Part shown: positions 31,030 through 40,502 of the stretch, piece by piece | Numbering within the stretch: the first letter of the stretch is position 1 | Layout of the letters: each line of letters begins with the position of its first letter | Source of the DNA: a virus | Taxonomy: Duplodnaviria; Caudoviricetes | Virus record (IMG/VR): IMGVR_UViG_3300028886_001681 | Span: 96,259 to 160,258 of that record | DNA: 64,000 bases | Strand: one strand, 5' to 3' | The notes under the pieces: generated by a model | Database searches by the model: none | What the model was told of the DNA's origin: nothing | Seen by the model: only the letters and a program-made list of their open reading frames with translations | Translations under genes and position numbers: made by a program

Positions 31030-31317
31030 TTAATTTTCAACTGTGAACGAAACCTCAAACTTGGACAAATCGTAGCCGAAAGCGTAGTCGGAGTAATTCA
31101 ACCAAACATAGTCGTCGCCGACCGTGACCTTGGGAGTTTCCTCCGTCCATTCTGAAACGATGTCCAACAGTTCCCAAAGAGAGTCGCAAGAAAGCAACTC
31201 GTCCTTTATCTCCAAGCCGACCTCGCTCCAATCCTCGACCTCATGCAAGCGAGCGTCCAAGATTTCGCGGATTTTAATGTGACCGAATATCTCGGTTTTG
31301 TTCAAGTTGAATTTCAT
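31030..31317 (-). CDS. Small acidic protein with own TAACTAT
   Basis: GAGGTG SD, TAACTAT near 31346-31352. Confidence 0.55.
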   Translation of the reverse strand: MKFNLNKTEIFGHIKIREILDARLHEVEDWSEVGLEIKDELLSCDSLWELLDIVSEWTEETPKVTVGDDYVWLNYSDYAFGYDLSKFEVSFTVEN

Positions 31318-31357
31318 GTTTCACCTCAATGACAATCGATATATAATAGTTAAAAAT

Positions 31358-32122
31358 TTATTGGTATTTCTCCACCCATTTTCTCAATATTTCGGTCTTG
31401 GACAAACTTCTCGCTCCCACAACATTGTCGAAATCAAATTTCAAAGCCAAATATTTTTCTTTCGCATAATCGTCGTTCCATTTTACAAAATAATGCGAGG
31501 ATTCGGAAACATTCAAGCCTTCAATTCGTCCGCTATAAAAGCCGACTCGCCTTATCGAACAGTCCGCAGCTTCCCTTTTCACGAACGAAAAATCATCGAC
31601 TTTGGGAATCGGAATTTTCTTTCTAAGTTCGTTTTTCATTTCAAAGACAAAAAATGAGCAAGGAATTTCCGTTTTCATTCCGCATTCGATGAATTCACAA
31701 GACGGCAGTTCATAGACTTCATTTATCCAAAGAAATGGATTCAATTTATTTTGAACGCTTTCCTTCTTGAACGATTTTGGCAAAATAAACGCCACGGTGT
31801 CCGCGAATTCGGAGCATTTGTTCACAAATTTTATCGCCAAGCAAGACTGTCGTCCAAAGGGAGGATTGCCTACCGCCAAAACCTTATTTCCTTTCAATTT
31901 GGAGCAATTCAATTTTAAAAAATCCGCCTTTTTCACGCTTGAAGATTGAGGCTCTATGTCGAAAGCCAAACACCCATCAATCAAGTCGGAAAACGAACCG
32001 TTGCCTGCGGAAGGCTCCACAATCAAATCGAAAGAATTCAAGTTCAATTTCGACAAGCAGAATTCCGCGTTTTCTTTAGTCGTGTAGAATTGTTCCAAGC
32101 CGACATTTCGTTTCATTTTCAT
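31358..32122 (-). CDS. DNA adenine methyltransferase (gamma-like order)
   Basis: EQFYT, EPSAGNGSF motif I, GNPPFG motif IV; start approximate. Confidence 0.8.
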   Translation of the reverse strand: MKMKRNVGLEQFYTTKENAEFCLSKLNLNSFDLIVEPSAGNGSFSDLIDGCLAFDIEPQSSSVKKADFLKLNCSKLKGNKVLAVGNPPFGRQSCLAIKFVNKCSEFADTVAFILPKSFKKESVQNKLNPFLWINEVYELPSCEFIECGMKTEIPCSFFVFEMKNELRKKIPIPKVDDFSFVKREAADCSIRRVGFYSGRIEGLNVSESSHYFVKWNDDYAKEKYLALKFDFDNVVGARSLSKTEILRKWVEKYQ

Positions 32123-32183
32123 CTCCAAAAAAAATCCAATGAATAACAATACCTCAATTTCGTCTTTTCGACAACACCACAAT

Positions 32184-32588
32184 TCAAGCGGTTTCGTATT
32201 TTGAAAAATCCAATGTTCTATGATTGTCGCTCGAATCGTTGATGTATGCGGTTATGGCCTTGTTTCCCCTAACCACCAAGCAAATATCCTCCAACTCGTT
32301 CATTTTGGCTCGAACCACATACTTAGCGACCTTCTCCTTTCCGTTGATTTCCTTGGTTTCCACCTCGAAGGGAGCGACGGGCTTTTTCTTCAATCCATCT
32401 AACACTTTCCATACATTCTCGGCGGTCACGGAGTTGTGCGACCTATCCTTGCATTCTATTCTCTCAATCAAGTGCTTGGTAAAGATGTAGTTCTTCACCG
32501 TTCTTTGTTGTTCGATGGCTTGTTCGATTAGTTCTTGCGGAAGGAAGATGTCCTTGTGGTACAGTTTAATGTTTTTTAATTCGTTCAT
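32184..32588 (-). CDS. Hypothetical protein (possible small RNase-like fold)
   Basis: FTKHLIER and ITAYIN..DNH.TL; leaderless ATG 7 nt after CAACTAT. Confidence 0.5.
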   Translation of the reverse strand: MNELKNIKLYHKDIFLPQELIEQAIEQQRTVKNYIFTKHLIERIECKDRSHNSVTAENVWKVLDGLKKKPVAPFEVETKEINGKEKVAKYVVRAKMNELEDICLVVRGNKAITAYINDSSDNHRTLDFSKYETA

Positions 32589-32611
32589 GGAAAAAATAGT
32601 TGGGAAAAATA

Positions 32612-32648
32612 AAAAAAAAGACCTAGAAACAAATCTAGGTCTTTTTTC
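32612..32648 (-). terminator. Rho-independent terminator after scaffold-like gene
   Basis: AAAAAAAGACCTAGA-AACAAA-TCTAGGTCTTTTTT. Confidence 0.75.
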
Positions 32649-32667
32649 AGTCAAAGACTATCGTGAA

Positions 32668-33312
32668 TTAGCGAGAGCACTTCTCCGCGCAAATTCCGTC
32701 GTCGTCGCCTTCGTCCTCTTCTTCAACAGTCTCTTCCTCGGCTTTCTTGGCCATGCGAGCCTTCAAAGCGCGGAGTCTGCGGATTTTGGCTAGGCGAGAT
32801 TTCTCGGCGATTTCGTCTTCCTTGTCGAGTTCGTCCTCTTCCGTAACTTCCTCTTCACCTTCGGCCTTCTTGGCGTTCTTCAAGGCGCGGAGTTTGCGGA
32901 TGCGAGCCAAGCGAGCGCGACGAAGAGCGTCTTTCTTCTCGTCCTCTTCCTCAACGACTTCTTCCTCTTCTGTGGCTTCGTCTTCGGCTTTCTTGGCATT
33001 CTTCAAAGCCTTGATTCTAGCGATGCGAGCCTTGCGGAGGGCTTGGATTTCGTCTGCGGGGAACTCGGCAGGTTCGTCGTTCTCGTCGGCAGTCACAGTC
33101 TCGGCTTCCACCTTCTTGATGGCGCGAAGTTTGCGGATTTTGGCAAGGCGCTTGGCCTTCTCAATGTCGTACTCAACTGTGTCTTCGATGGGAGTCGTGT
33201 CCACAACTCCTACATCCTCAACATCGTCCGCCTCAACCAAGATTTTGGCTCCCTTGGAAATAATCTTTCCTTCGACCATAATCGACTTCTTCAAAAAAAT
33301 TGACTTCTTCAT
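32668..33312 (-). CDS. Probable prohead core/scaffold protein with alternating acidic and basic repeats
   Basis: Four RLA(K/R)IR(K/R)LRALK-type blocks separated by E/D-rich stretches; capsid-like codon bias. Confidence 0.5.
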   Translation of the reverse strand: MKKSIFLKKSIMVEGKIISKGAKILVEADDVEDVGVVDTTPIEDTVEYDIEKAKRLAKIRKLRAIKKVEAETVTADENDEPAEFPADEIQALRKARIARIKALKNAKKAEDEATEEEEVVEEEDEKKDALRRARLARIRKLRALKNAKKAEGEEEVTEEDELDKEDEIAEKSRLAKIRRLRALKARMAKKAEEETVEEEDEGDDDGICAEKCSR

Positions 33313-33397
33313 TTCTTCTTTCTCCTATATAGGTTTTTTTGAAACAATATTGTTTAAGGATAAACTATCCTTCAATCAACTAAAAATAGTTACTTTT

Positions 33398-33961
33398 TCA
33401 CACGCTCGGATATATGATATTGAAGCAGTTCAAAGTAACATCCACACTCAAAGGGTCTCCGCTCTCTTCGTCGAACTCCAATCCGCTCAATGTGGTTGGG
33501 AAGCAACCTTGGCATATCCAAATAGAGTTGGGAGTACCTGCGATGTTGTTGTCGTCCAAATTGTCAATCGCCCAAATCTCGATGGGTGCTCGGAACAAAC
33601 TCGCTCCGCCTTCTCCGCTAGGGCCACTGTCGGAGGCCATGAACATCGTCTCGTTGTTCTGAATGTATGACATCCAATTGGACAAAGCCTTGTATGTGAG
33701 CAACTTCTTGTCAGGTCTGAAACTGAACGAAATCTCTCTGCTCTGCTCGCTCATTCCGTTGGGACGGTCAAACTGACGGCCTCGTTTGGTAATCGTGTAA
33801 GTTCCTATCGTTTTGTCTGGAATCGACACATTCGTGATGCGGAATGTGAGTTGGTCATTAACGCCTGCCAATTGCGACACTGTCGTCGGCAAAATTATCG
33901 AGTACTTGTTTGCTAGGGCATCTTCGCCAAGTGAACTTAACACATCTAAAATATGAGCCAT
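33398..33961 (-). CDS. Tail tube protein (gp19-like)
   Basis: 187 aa; NKYSI, VSIP, YKALSNW and GCFPTTLSGLEFD pattern. Confidence 0.8.
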   Translation of the reverse strand: MAHILDVLSSLGEDALANKYSIILPTTVSQLAGVNDQLTFRITNVSIPDKTIGTYTITKRGRQFDRPNGMSEQSREISFSFRPDKKLLTYKALSNWMSYIQNNETMFMASDSGPSGEGGASLFRAPIEIWAIDNLDDNNIAGTPNSIWICQGCFPTTLSGLEFDEESGDPLSVDVTLNCFNIIYPSV

Positions 33962-34168
33962 ATGTATCTTCTCCTATCTAAATAAAATAGTTAATAAAAT
34001 TTCTTTTATCAATATAGTTAAGATAGTTATTATTTGTGAAAAAGTGGTTTTGATAGGTATAACCACATTCATATTATCATTGTCATTTTGAATATGCATA
34101 ACTATTTGCATAAATGAATAAAGTTTTATGCGGATGCGGTATATGATGAAAAATCCTAGCGTAAGGAG

Positions 34169-36259
34169 GTGAAAAATATGAATCCGTCGGATTTTAACAG
34201 TTTAAAAGACATGGAAAACGATATACTTCGACACCCAGAAAACGATTTATCGTACTTAGATAATATTCTTAATTCTAATCTATTTACTCAAGCCGAAGTT
34301 GAAGATATTAATTCAGCGTTAGGTTTAATTTTGCACGATGAACGATTATCTGAAAGAGAAAAGGGTAATTTGCTTGATAACAGTTGGAAAATAAATCATA
34401 AATTTAGACCGCCAACTCCTGAAGAATTTTTAACAGAAACTTGGATAGGTGGGCAAGCAAAAGACATATATCCTCATTGCAAAAAAGTATTTCTTGATTA
34501 TTTTAATCCATTAATTAATCGTAATACATGTATTTTATATGCCCCTATCGGTTATGGTAAAACAACTTTAGTTGCTCTAATGAATCTATATCGAATTATT
34601 GTTACATTATCTTATCGTAATATAAATAAACAATTCAAATTGGCGGAATCTACTCGTTTGTGTGATATCAGTGTTAGTTTTTCAAAACAAGTTAGTTACG
34701 ATATGATTGTGAAACCAATGACAACTCTTATGGAAATTTCTTCTAAATTTGAAAGAGTTAGATATGAACGAGATATGACAGACCCTTCTAAAAATGAAGA
34801 AGGTAAAATCTTATTCTGTAATACAAGTAAAGGTAACGCCATCATTCGCATTGGTGATGTATACATGGAATGTGCAAGTTCTCCTAGCGACCTTGTAGGT
34901 AGGACAGCTTGCATCATAAATTTAAATGAACTAGCAAATTTAAGTAAAGTTATGCCTGAAGATAGAATTATGGAAATGCTTGAAGAATCTCAAAACCGTA
35001 TTATTTCTCGTTTCGGTAAAAATAGTCCAAACGCATCTCTCATAATAGATACCTCACCAAACTCACTTGAAAGTAGAATAGACCAATGGATTGATAAACA
35101 TAAAACTGATGATGATGTTTTATATATAAACTGCAAAAAATGGGATGTGCAAGAACATGTCTTTCCCATATGGCAAAAAGACCACAGTAAAGTATTCCCT
35201 ATTTTTAAAGGTACTTCTACTCAACCGACAAAAATTATCACAGAAGAAGAACGTAAAAATTACGACCCTAACGATATTGTTGATTTCCCTATCGACTTAT
35301 ATACTGTAGCCAAAGATAATGTCGCTAAATGTATGCGTGATTTCGGTGCAATACCAACCGCAGGTTCTGATACAAAACTCTTCACTAATCATCAACTTAT
35401 AGACCAATGTTTCGTGCCAAATCTTAAAAACTTTTATATGTTTGAATATGCAAGTTATTTATTGGCGCCTGAAACACTATTGTGGGATAAAGTCAGACCT
35501 TTATTCTATGTCTACACAGGAAAACAAAATTCTTTCAGATTAAAACGCTATCCTTCCGCTGAACGATTTGTTCATATAGATATGGCGGAAAAGAAAGATA
35601 TGGCTGGCGTCTCTATGGTACACCTTGAAACCGATAAAATCGGAAGAAAGATGTATGTTGCTGATTTTACTTTACCAATTATGAGTAAAAAAGACGATAA
35701 AATAAACTTGGATAGTTTCAAATATTTAGTTTATTGCATGAAGATTTATGGAAATACAAATATTAAAAAAGCAACATACGATGGTTTTGAATCAAAAAGT
35801 TCTATTCAATTTTTAGAAAGAAATGGTATTGAATGTGAAAGATTGTCGTTGGATTCTACACCTGATTATTATCTTTCATTTGCTTCTTGGGTCATGCAAG
35901 GTAGAGTAAAAATCGGTAAAAACTTGGTTATGAAAAACAACATGAAATCTTTAATCACTACTAACGAAGGACATAATGGAAAAGAGAGCAAAAGCGGAAA
36001 ACTCATTGTAGACCATGTTCAAGGAGATTGGATTGATTTAGAAAATTCTGATTGGGAAAAATCGAAATGTGGATATTTTGGAAAAGATTTGTCTGACTCA
36101 TTCGTTGGTGCTTGTACAAACGCTGATAAAAGTAATGTAAATTACGCGTCATTCTTATATGACGACACCGATGAAAAAGAGGATTGCTCGCAAAAAAATG
36201 AAAAAAAACTTCAAGACGAATTGTATGAAAAATTCGGCTTAAAGTTTAAAAAGAAATAA
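34169..36259 (+). CDS. Terminase large subunit
   Basis: Walker A APIGYGKT, Walker B INLNE, DTSP, RNase H-like VHIDMA...D and KDLSDS. Confidence 0.8.
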   Translation: MKNMNPSDFNSLKDMENDILRHPENDLSYLDNILNSNLFTQAEVEDINSALGLILHDERLSEREKGNLLDNSWKINHKFRPPTPEEFLTETWIGGQAKDIYPHCKKVFLDYFNPLINRNTCILYAPIGYGKTTLVALMNLYRIIVTLSYRNINKQFKLAESTRLCDISVSFSKQVSYDMIVKPMTTLMEISSKFERVRYERDMTDPSKNEEGKILFCNTSKGNAIIRIGDVYMECASSPSDLVGRTACIINLNELANLSKVMPEDRIMEMLEESQNRIISRFGKNSPNASLIIDTSPNSLESRIDQWIDKHKTDDDVLYINCKKWDVQEHVFPIWQKDHSKVFPIFKGTSTQPTKIITEEERKNYDPNDIVDFPIDLYTVAKDNVAKCMRDFGAIPTAGSDTKLFTNHQLIDQCFVPNLKNFYMFEYASYLLAPETLLWDKVRPLFYVYTGKQNSFRLKRYPSAERFVHIDMAEKKDMAGVSMVHLETDKIGRKMYVADFTLPIMSKKDDKINLDSFKYLVYCMKIYGNTNIKKATYDGFESKSSIQFLERNGIECERLSLDSTPDYYLSFASWVMQGRVKIGKNLVMKNNMKSLITTNEGHNGKESKSGKLIVDHVQGDWIDLENSDWEKSKCGYFGKDLSDSFVGACTNADKSNVNYASFLYDDTDEKEDCSQKNEKKLQDELYEKFGLKFKKK

Positions 36260-36270
36260 TTCAAAAAATT

Positions 36271-36576
36271 TTAATCAACCCAAAGTTTAAATTCTTTGAG
36301 TGCATCGTTAAGTTTGTTATAAAATTTGCACGCATAAAATCTATCGGACACATTAAAGAAAAATACTTGATAACAATCATAATGTTCATCTCCGATATTT
36401 CCCTCGCCTACACTAAGCACAAGGTTTCTCGCTTGTCCTAAATATACATATTCTATTGTACTAACATGTTTTTTATTAGAATATTCGTCATAAAAATAAA
36501 CATCATATCCCACTTCATATTTTTCAACTTCTGCTGAAATAATTTCATCAACAGATTTATCGTTGTCTACATTCAT
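36271..36576 (-). CDS. Hypothetical protein
   Basis: AGGAG SD and TAACTAT near 36612-36618. Confidence 0.55.
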   Translation of the reverse strand: MNVDNDKSVDEIISAEVEKYEVGYDVYFYDEYSNKKHVSTIEYVYLGQARNLVLSVGEGNIGDEHYDCYQVFFFNVSDRFYACKFYNKLNDALKEFKLWVD

Positions 36577-36615
36577 AATACACTCCTAAAAAATTTATAT
36601 TTATTAATAATATAG

Positions 36616-37356
36616 TTATAAATCAAACAAATCTGCATTACTTTCCTCTATCCTTTTCTTGGCGATTTCAAAATAATTTTCATCAAGTTCAATGCCTATA
36701 AAATTTCTTTTTGTGGCACAACAAGCGACTCCACAACTGCCACTTCCCATGCAATTGTCCAAAACCCATTCACCCTCGCTAGTATAGGTCTTAATTAAAT
36801 ATTGTAAAAGAGCAATTGGTTTTTGAGTAGGATGTAATGAAGAATTTTGCGTGTCAGTTGAAAACACTTGAATACTTCTTGGATAACGGTCTGTGGAATC
36901 ATACAAGTTTTCTCCGCAACTACCATAAACTTCACCTTGTTGATTATCTGTCCTATAAGAAACTTTTCTCTTATGCCCATGAGTCATTTGAGGATTATAT
37001 TTACATTGTTGCTTATAGAACACGCTTATTAATTCATGATTTCTCATAGGTTGTTTCTTTGCGTTGAGAAATCCCACACCTTTTACCTTATCCCAAATCC
37101 AATCGTACTTATATTCCTTTATGTTGCTCAATCTTAAATAAGATGAAAAGGGTTCTTGTCCAAACAAAACAATCGCTCCGTTATCTTTAATCACTCTATG
37201 ATATTGTTCCCATAATGGTTCAAACGGAATTACCGTATCAAAACTCGCTTGGGTAGTTCCGTAAGGTAAATCAGCCAAAATCATATCGATTGATTTATCT
37301 GCAATTTTATTCATTTCTACAAGACAATCGCCTTTATATAAAGTAACATCTGACAT
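36616..37356 (-). CDS. DNA methyltransferase (beta-class), paralog of 9319-10095
   Basis: DLPY, HPTQKP, DNCMGSGSC. Confidence 0.9.
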   Translation of the reverse strand: MSDVTLYKGDCLVEMNKIADKSIDMILADLPYGTTQASFDTVIPFEPLWEQYHRVIKDNGAIVLFGQEPFSSYLRLSNIKEYKYDWIWDKVKGVGFLNAKKQPMRNHELISVFYKQQCKYNPQMTHGHKRKVSYRTDNQQGEVYGSCGENLYDSTDRYPRSIQVFSTDTQNSSLHPTQKPIALLQYLIKTYTSEGEWVLDNCMGSGSCGVACCATKRNFIGIELDENYFEIAKKRIEESNADLFDL

Positions 37357-37602
37357 TTATTCCTCCTTTTCTTCTTTTACCGAACGGTAATAATTTGTAC
37401 AATTTGAGTTAATTTCGTACTCAATTTTACCGATAGGTAAAACATGAGTTATATGACAAGCATAGTTTTCTTCATAATAATTTAATTTTTTCAAAAGTTC
37501 TTGAATTACATTCCAATAAATATCCGTCATACTGTTCATGTTACACCTCAAAATTGTATTATCATTATAATTTAATATTTATTGAAAAAAATCAATAGAA
37601 TT

Positions 37603-38748
37603 CTATAAAATTCCGTATTCTTGAAAGTATTTTGTTAATTCTTTTTCGACCGTTTTAAGATTATTAAGTCTTATTAGGATAATTCCATTATTTTTACAAT
37701 AATCATTTTTAATTTGGTCTCGAAATTGAATTTGCTTAAAATTTTCCATCAATTGTTCTTCTGTCAAATTAGCACCAAAACTGCAAGGAGAAAAATGTTG
37801 TCCACCATCAAATTCAATACAAATATTAAATTTTGGAAGATAAAAATCAAATGGAAGTGAATGTATATTTACACAATCTTTAAATTTCTTTTCTCTTTCA
37901 AAATTTATATGATTGTTCATTAAAAAGTTATATACTTCTATTTCACCTTTTGATTCATCACAAATAGGACATCCTTGACCATTTGAATGATTATTTGGTG
38001 TTTGTTGGAATCCGCCGTGTTTTGGACAAATAATAATCACTTTCGTATGTGCATTAATATAATTAACTTTAGAATAATCATATTTTCCAAGACCTTGGAC
38101 TTTGTTTGCTTTTTCTATAAATTCTGCTAATGTCATCCTGCGTTTATTTGCTCGTTTTTCAATTCCACATAAACGACATCCTTTACCTCTTAAATGATGA
38201 TTTGGAGTTTGTTCAAATTCATAAGGTCTATTTTTATTTTTACAAGTTTTACAAATAATAAGAATTTTAGTTGCATCATTCACATAAACAACTTTAGAAT
38301 AATCATATAAATCTCCATAAATCAATTTCGCATTTTCTATAAATTCTTCTAAAGTTGATTTTTGTTTTTCATGACCTTGTATATTCCCACAAACTTTACA
38401 ACCTTGTCCTCGTAAATGATTGTTAGGTGTTTGTGGAAAAGGTTTATGTCCTTTAATTCTGCAAATAATTTCAACTTTTACATCATTTTTCACATAAACT
38501 ACATTTGAATAATCATATCTATCTCCATGTCTTCTTAAAGCCTTTCTGATAAAAGTTTTAGTTTTCTCGTCTTTATTAAAATATCTTTCGTTAATAATCC
38601 GTTCAATTTCTTCTTCAGATAATTTTGGATATTCAACCGTTTGATTTTCCGATTTTGGAGTGTCAACGGAAACACATTCTTTACAGTTACAATTTTCTTG
38701 ATTAATTTTTGTCTTATCATAAGACATCATTCGATTTAATACATTCAT
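37603..38748 (-). CDS. Zn-ribbon-repeat endonuclease, copy B (3 repeats)
   Basis: Same N-terminus and repeats as copy A; FDFY...CIEFDGGQH. Confidence 0.8.
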   Translation of the reverse strand: MNVLNRMMSYDKTKINQENCNCKECVSVDTPKSENQTVEYPKLSEEEIERIINERYFNKDEKTKTFIRKALRRHGDRYDYSNVVYVKNDVKVEIICRIKGHKPFPQTPNNHLRGQGCKVCGNIQGHEKQKSTLEEFIENAKLIYGDLYDYSKVVYVNDATKILIICKTCKNKNRPYEFEQTPNHHLRGKGCRLCGIEKRANKRRMTLAEFIEKANKVQGLGKYDYSKVNYINAHTKVIIICPKHGGFQQTPNNHSNGQGCPICDESKGEIEVYNFLMNNHINFEREKKFKDCVNIHSLPFDFYLPKFNICIEFDGGQHFSPCSFGANLTEEQLMENFKQIQFRDQIKNDYCKNNGIILIRLNNLKTVEKELTKYFQEYGIL

Positions 38749-38830
38749 AAATCTAATCTCCTATAAAAATTATTTTTACGTTGTTAGTACCAACATCACA
38801 TTAAATAGTTAATGCTAAAAATAGATTGTT

Positions 38831-38910
38831 AAAAAAATTAAAGAGGTGTGGTTGAACGAGATTAGGAATTCAACCAATGTATAAGGTACTAACTTACACT
38901 CACCTCTTTA
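38831..38910 (-). ncRNA. Predicted three-way-junction small RNA, copy B
   Basis: Perfect 10-bp outer stem UAAAGAGGUG/CACCUCUUUA; loops UUAGUAC and UUCCUAAUCUCG. Confidence 0.72.
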
Positions 38911-38950
38911 TAAATAATAAATAGTTAATAATTAATTTTCAATCCTAATT

Positions 38951-39967
38951 TTATGTCCAAAAAATATCATCTTCATTTTCACCACTTAATATTCTTTCTG
39001 CTTTTTCTGCAGACATTGTATGCTCAAGATAAAACTTTATTTCATCTAAAGAACAGTCATTCATATCAAATCCTTTCATTTCGTTGTTTTTCTTATATTG
39101 TTTTGGACAGAATGTTACTCTCAAATTACCTTCATATTCTTCATGAAGTTTTCTCACCATAGTTAATCCACCCATGTCAAAGTCAGCAAAAAGAATTAGA
39201 TTTTTTACTTTTTGTAACATCTCTAATTTTTTATTAGTAATTTGATTTCCAAACGATGATATTATATTTTTATTTACACTCCAACCATGACCCAAATTTT
39301 TTATAGATTCTGTAAGTACGACAGGTTTTTCTAAATCAACATTTTCAAAATTATAAAGAAAATTTGAACTACAAGACTTCACATATTTAACTTTCGGAAA
39401 CTCATTATTGAATGTTCGACATTCATAGTTCACAAGTTTTCCGTCTTTATAAATCGGTATGCAAATTCTGTTCTCCATAACTGTCGGCTTTTCATCAGTG
39501 TTGTTCGCAATATTTTCTCCAATCATCTCGCAATATCGACAATATTTTACACCCTTTTCTTCAATAAACTCATTAGACCAACCGATTCCATGCAAGAAAT
39601 CCATAACTTTATTGTCATAAAAAGGGTTGTAAAGTTTTCCATAAACAATCGGTTTAGTATATACAACTTCTTCTTTCTTTGGTTTCAACGATTTAGCAAA
39701 CTCATAATTTACATCACCCCTATATTCCAACTTTTCGCCAAGTAATTTATTGAATGAAAAAATATTTACGGAACATCCGCATGCAAAACAATGACCCACA
39801 CCTTTAATCGTATCAAAAGAAAATGAACCTATATGTCTATCATCATGAGAAGGATTTGGACACAAACATTTTATAATATTCCCCTTTTTTTGATATTTTA
39901 TACCGTGGGTTAGTAATAACTGTTCGACATCTTGAATCATAAAAAATCCTTGCTTTGTAGTCTGCAA
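38951..39967 (-). CDS. DNA primase (Zn-binding domain plus TOPRIM)
   Basis: CPNPSHDD...CFAC, RICIPI, KY, TES and FADFD. Confidence 0.8.
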   Translation of the reverse strand: MQTTKQGFFMIQDVEQLLLTHGIKYQKKGNIIKCLCPNPSHDDRHIGSFSFDTIKGVGHCFACGCSVNIFSFNKLLGEKLEYRGDVNYEFAKSLKPKKEEVVYTKPIVYGKLYNPFYDNKVMDFLHGIGWSNEFIEEKGVKYCRYCEMIGENIANNTDEKPTVMENRICIPIYKDGKLVNYECRTFNNEFPKVKYVKSCSSNFLYNFENVDLEKPVVLTESIKNLGHGWSVNKNIISSFGNQITNKKLEMLQKVKNLILFADFDMGGLTMVRKLHEEYEGNLRVTFCPKQYKKNNEMKGFDMNDCSLDEIKFYLEHTMSAEKAERILSGENEDDIFWT

Positions 39968-40205
39968 GGATTTTAGCGCTTTTTTAAATGAATTTCAACA
40001 AATTTCCCAACTTTTTTCTTATATTTCGAAAATTTTTCCCTTGTATGTCGAATTGTAAGGAAGTTGGCTAGCCATTCCAAGGCCTCCTTGAATCTTCTTG
40101 ACTTTGGACTTGGATTCTATAGCGTCGATTTCATCGCAGACTTCCAAAATTTCTTCGTCGGTCAAAAAGTCAGAGCAAAGGTTGAACACTCTCTCCAAAC
40201 TTCCG

Positions 40206-40490
40206 CTATTCATTGAACTCGCTTCCCATGTCGATTGTTCCTTCGCTTTCGACGACCTCGACATTGGACTCCGCCACATCGGACTTCACGACAAGGAGGT
40301 TCTGCAAAGAAATAATCTTGGCGAACTGCTCCGCGCTCTCGATGATTGTATCCTTATATGTGCAGATTTCGATATCGTTGACTACAACCTTGTTTCTGTT
40401 CATCGGATTGGGTTTTGCCAATCTAACCTTTATAGGATAAACCCTTTTGTCTTGGCTTTTGCTAACGATTGTCTTGCTTTTCTTTCCCAT
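40206..40490 (-). CDS. Hypothetical protein
   Basis: GAGG SD, co-oriented. Confidence 0.5.
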   Translation of the reverse strand: MGKKSKTIVSKSQDKRVYPIKVRLAKPNPMNRNKVVVNDIEICTYKDTIIESAEQFAKIISLQNLLVVKSDVAESNVEVVESEGTIDMGSEFNE

Positions 40491-40502
40491 GATAGCCTCT
40501 CC

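Noticed and set aside
32747-33670. 307-aa Ser-rich plus-strand ORF (also 40098-40925, 58753-59409, 7043-7621)
   Set aside because: These are antisense shadows of well-supported minus-strand genes, with no SD or recognisable motifs.
34169-36259. Intein or intron in terminase, capsid or primase
   Set aside because: No intein C-terminal HN-(C/S/T) junction with LAGLIDADG motifs was noticed, and the frames are uninterrupted.
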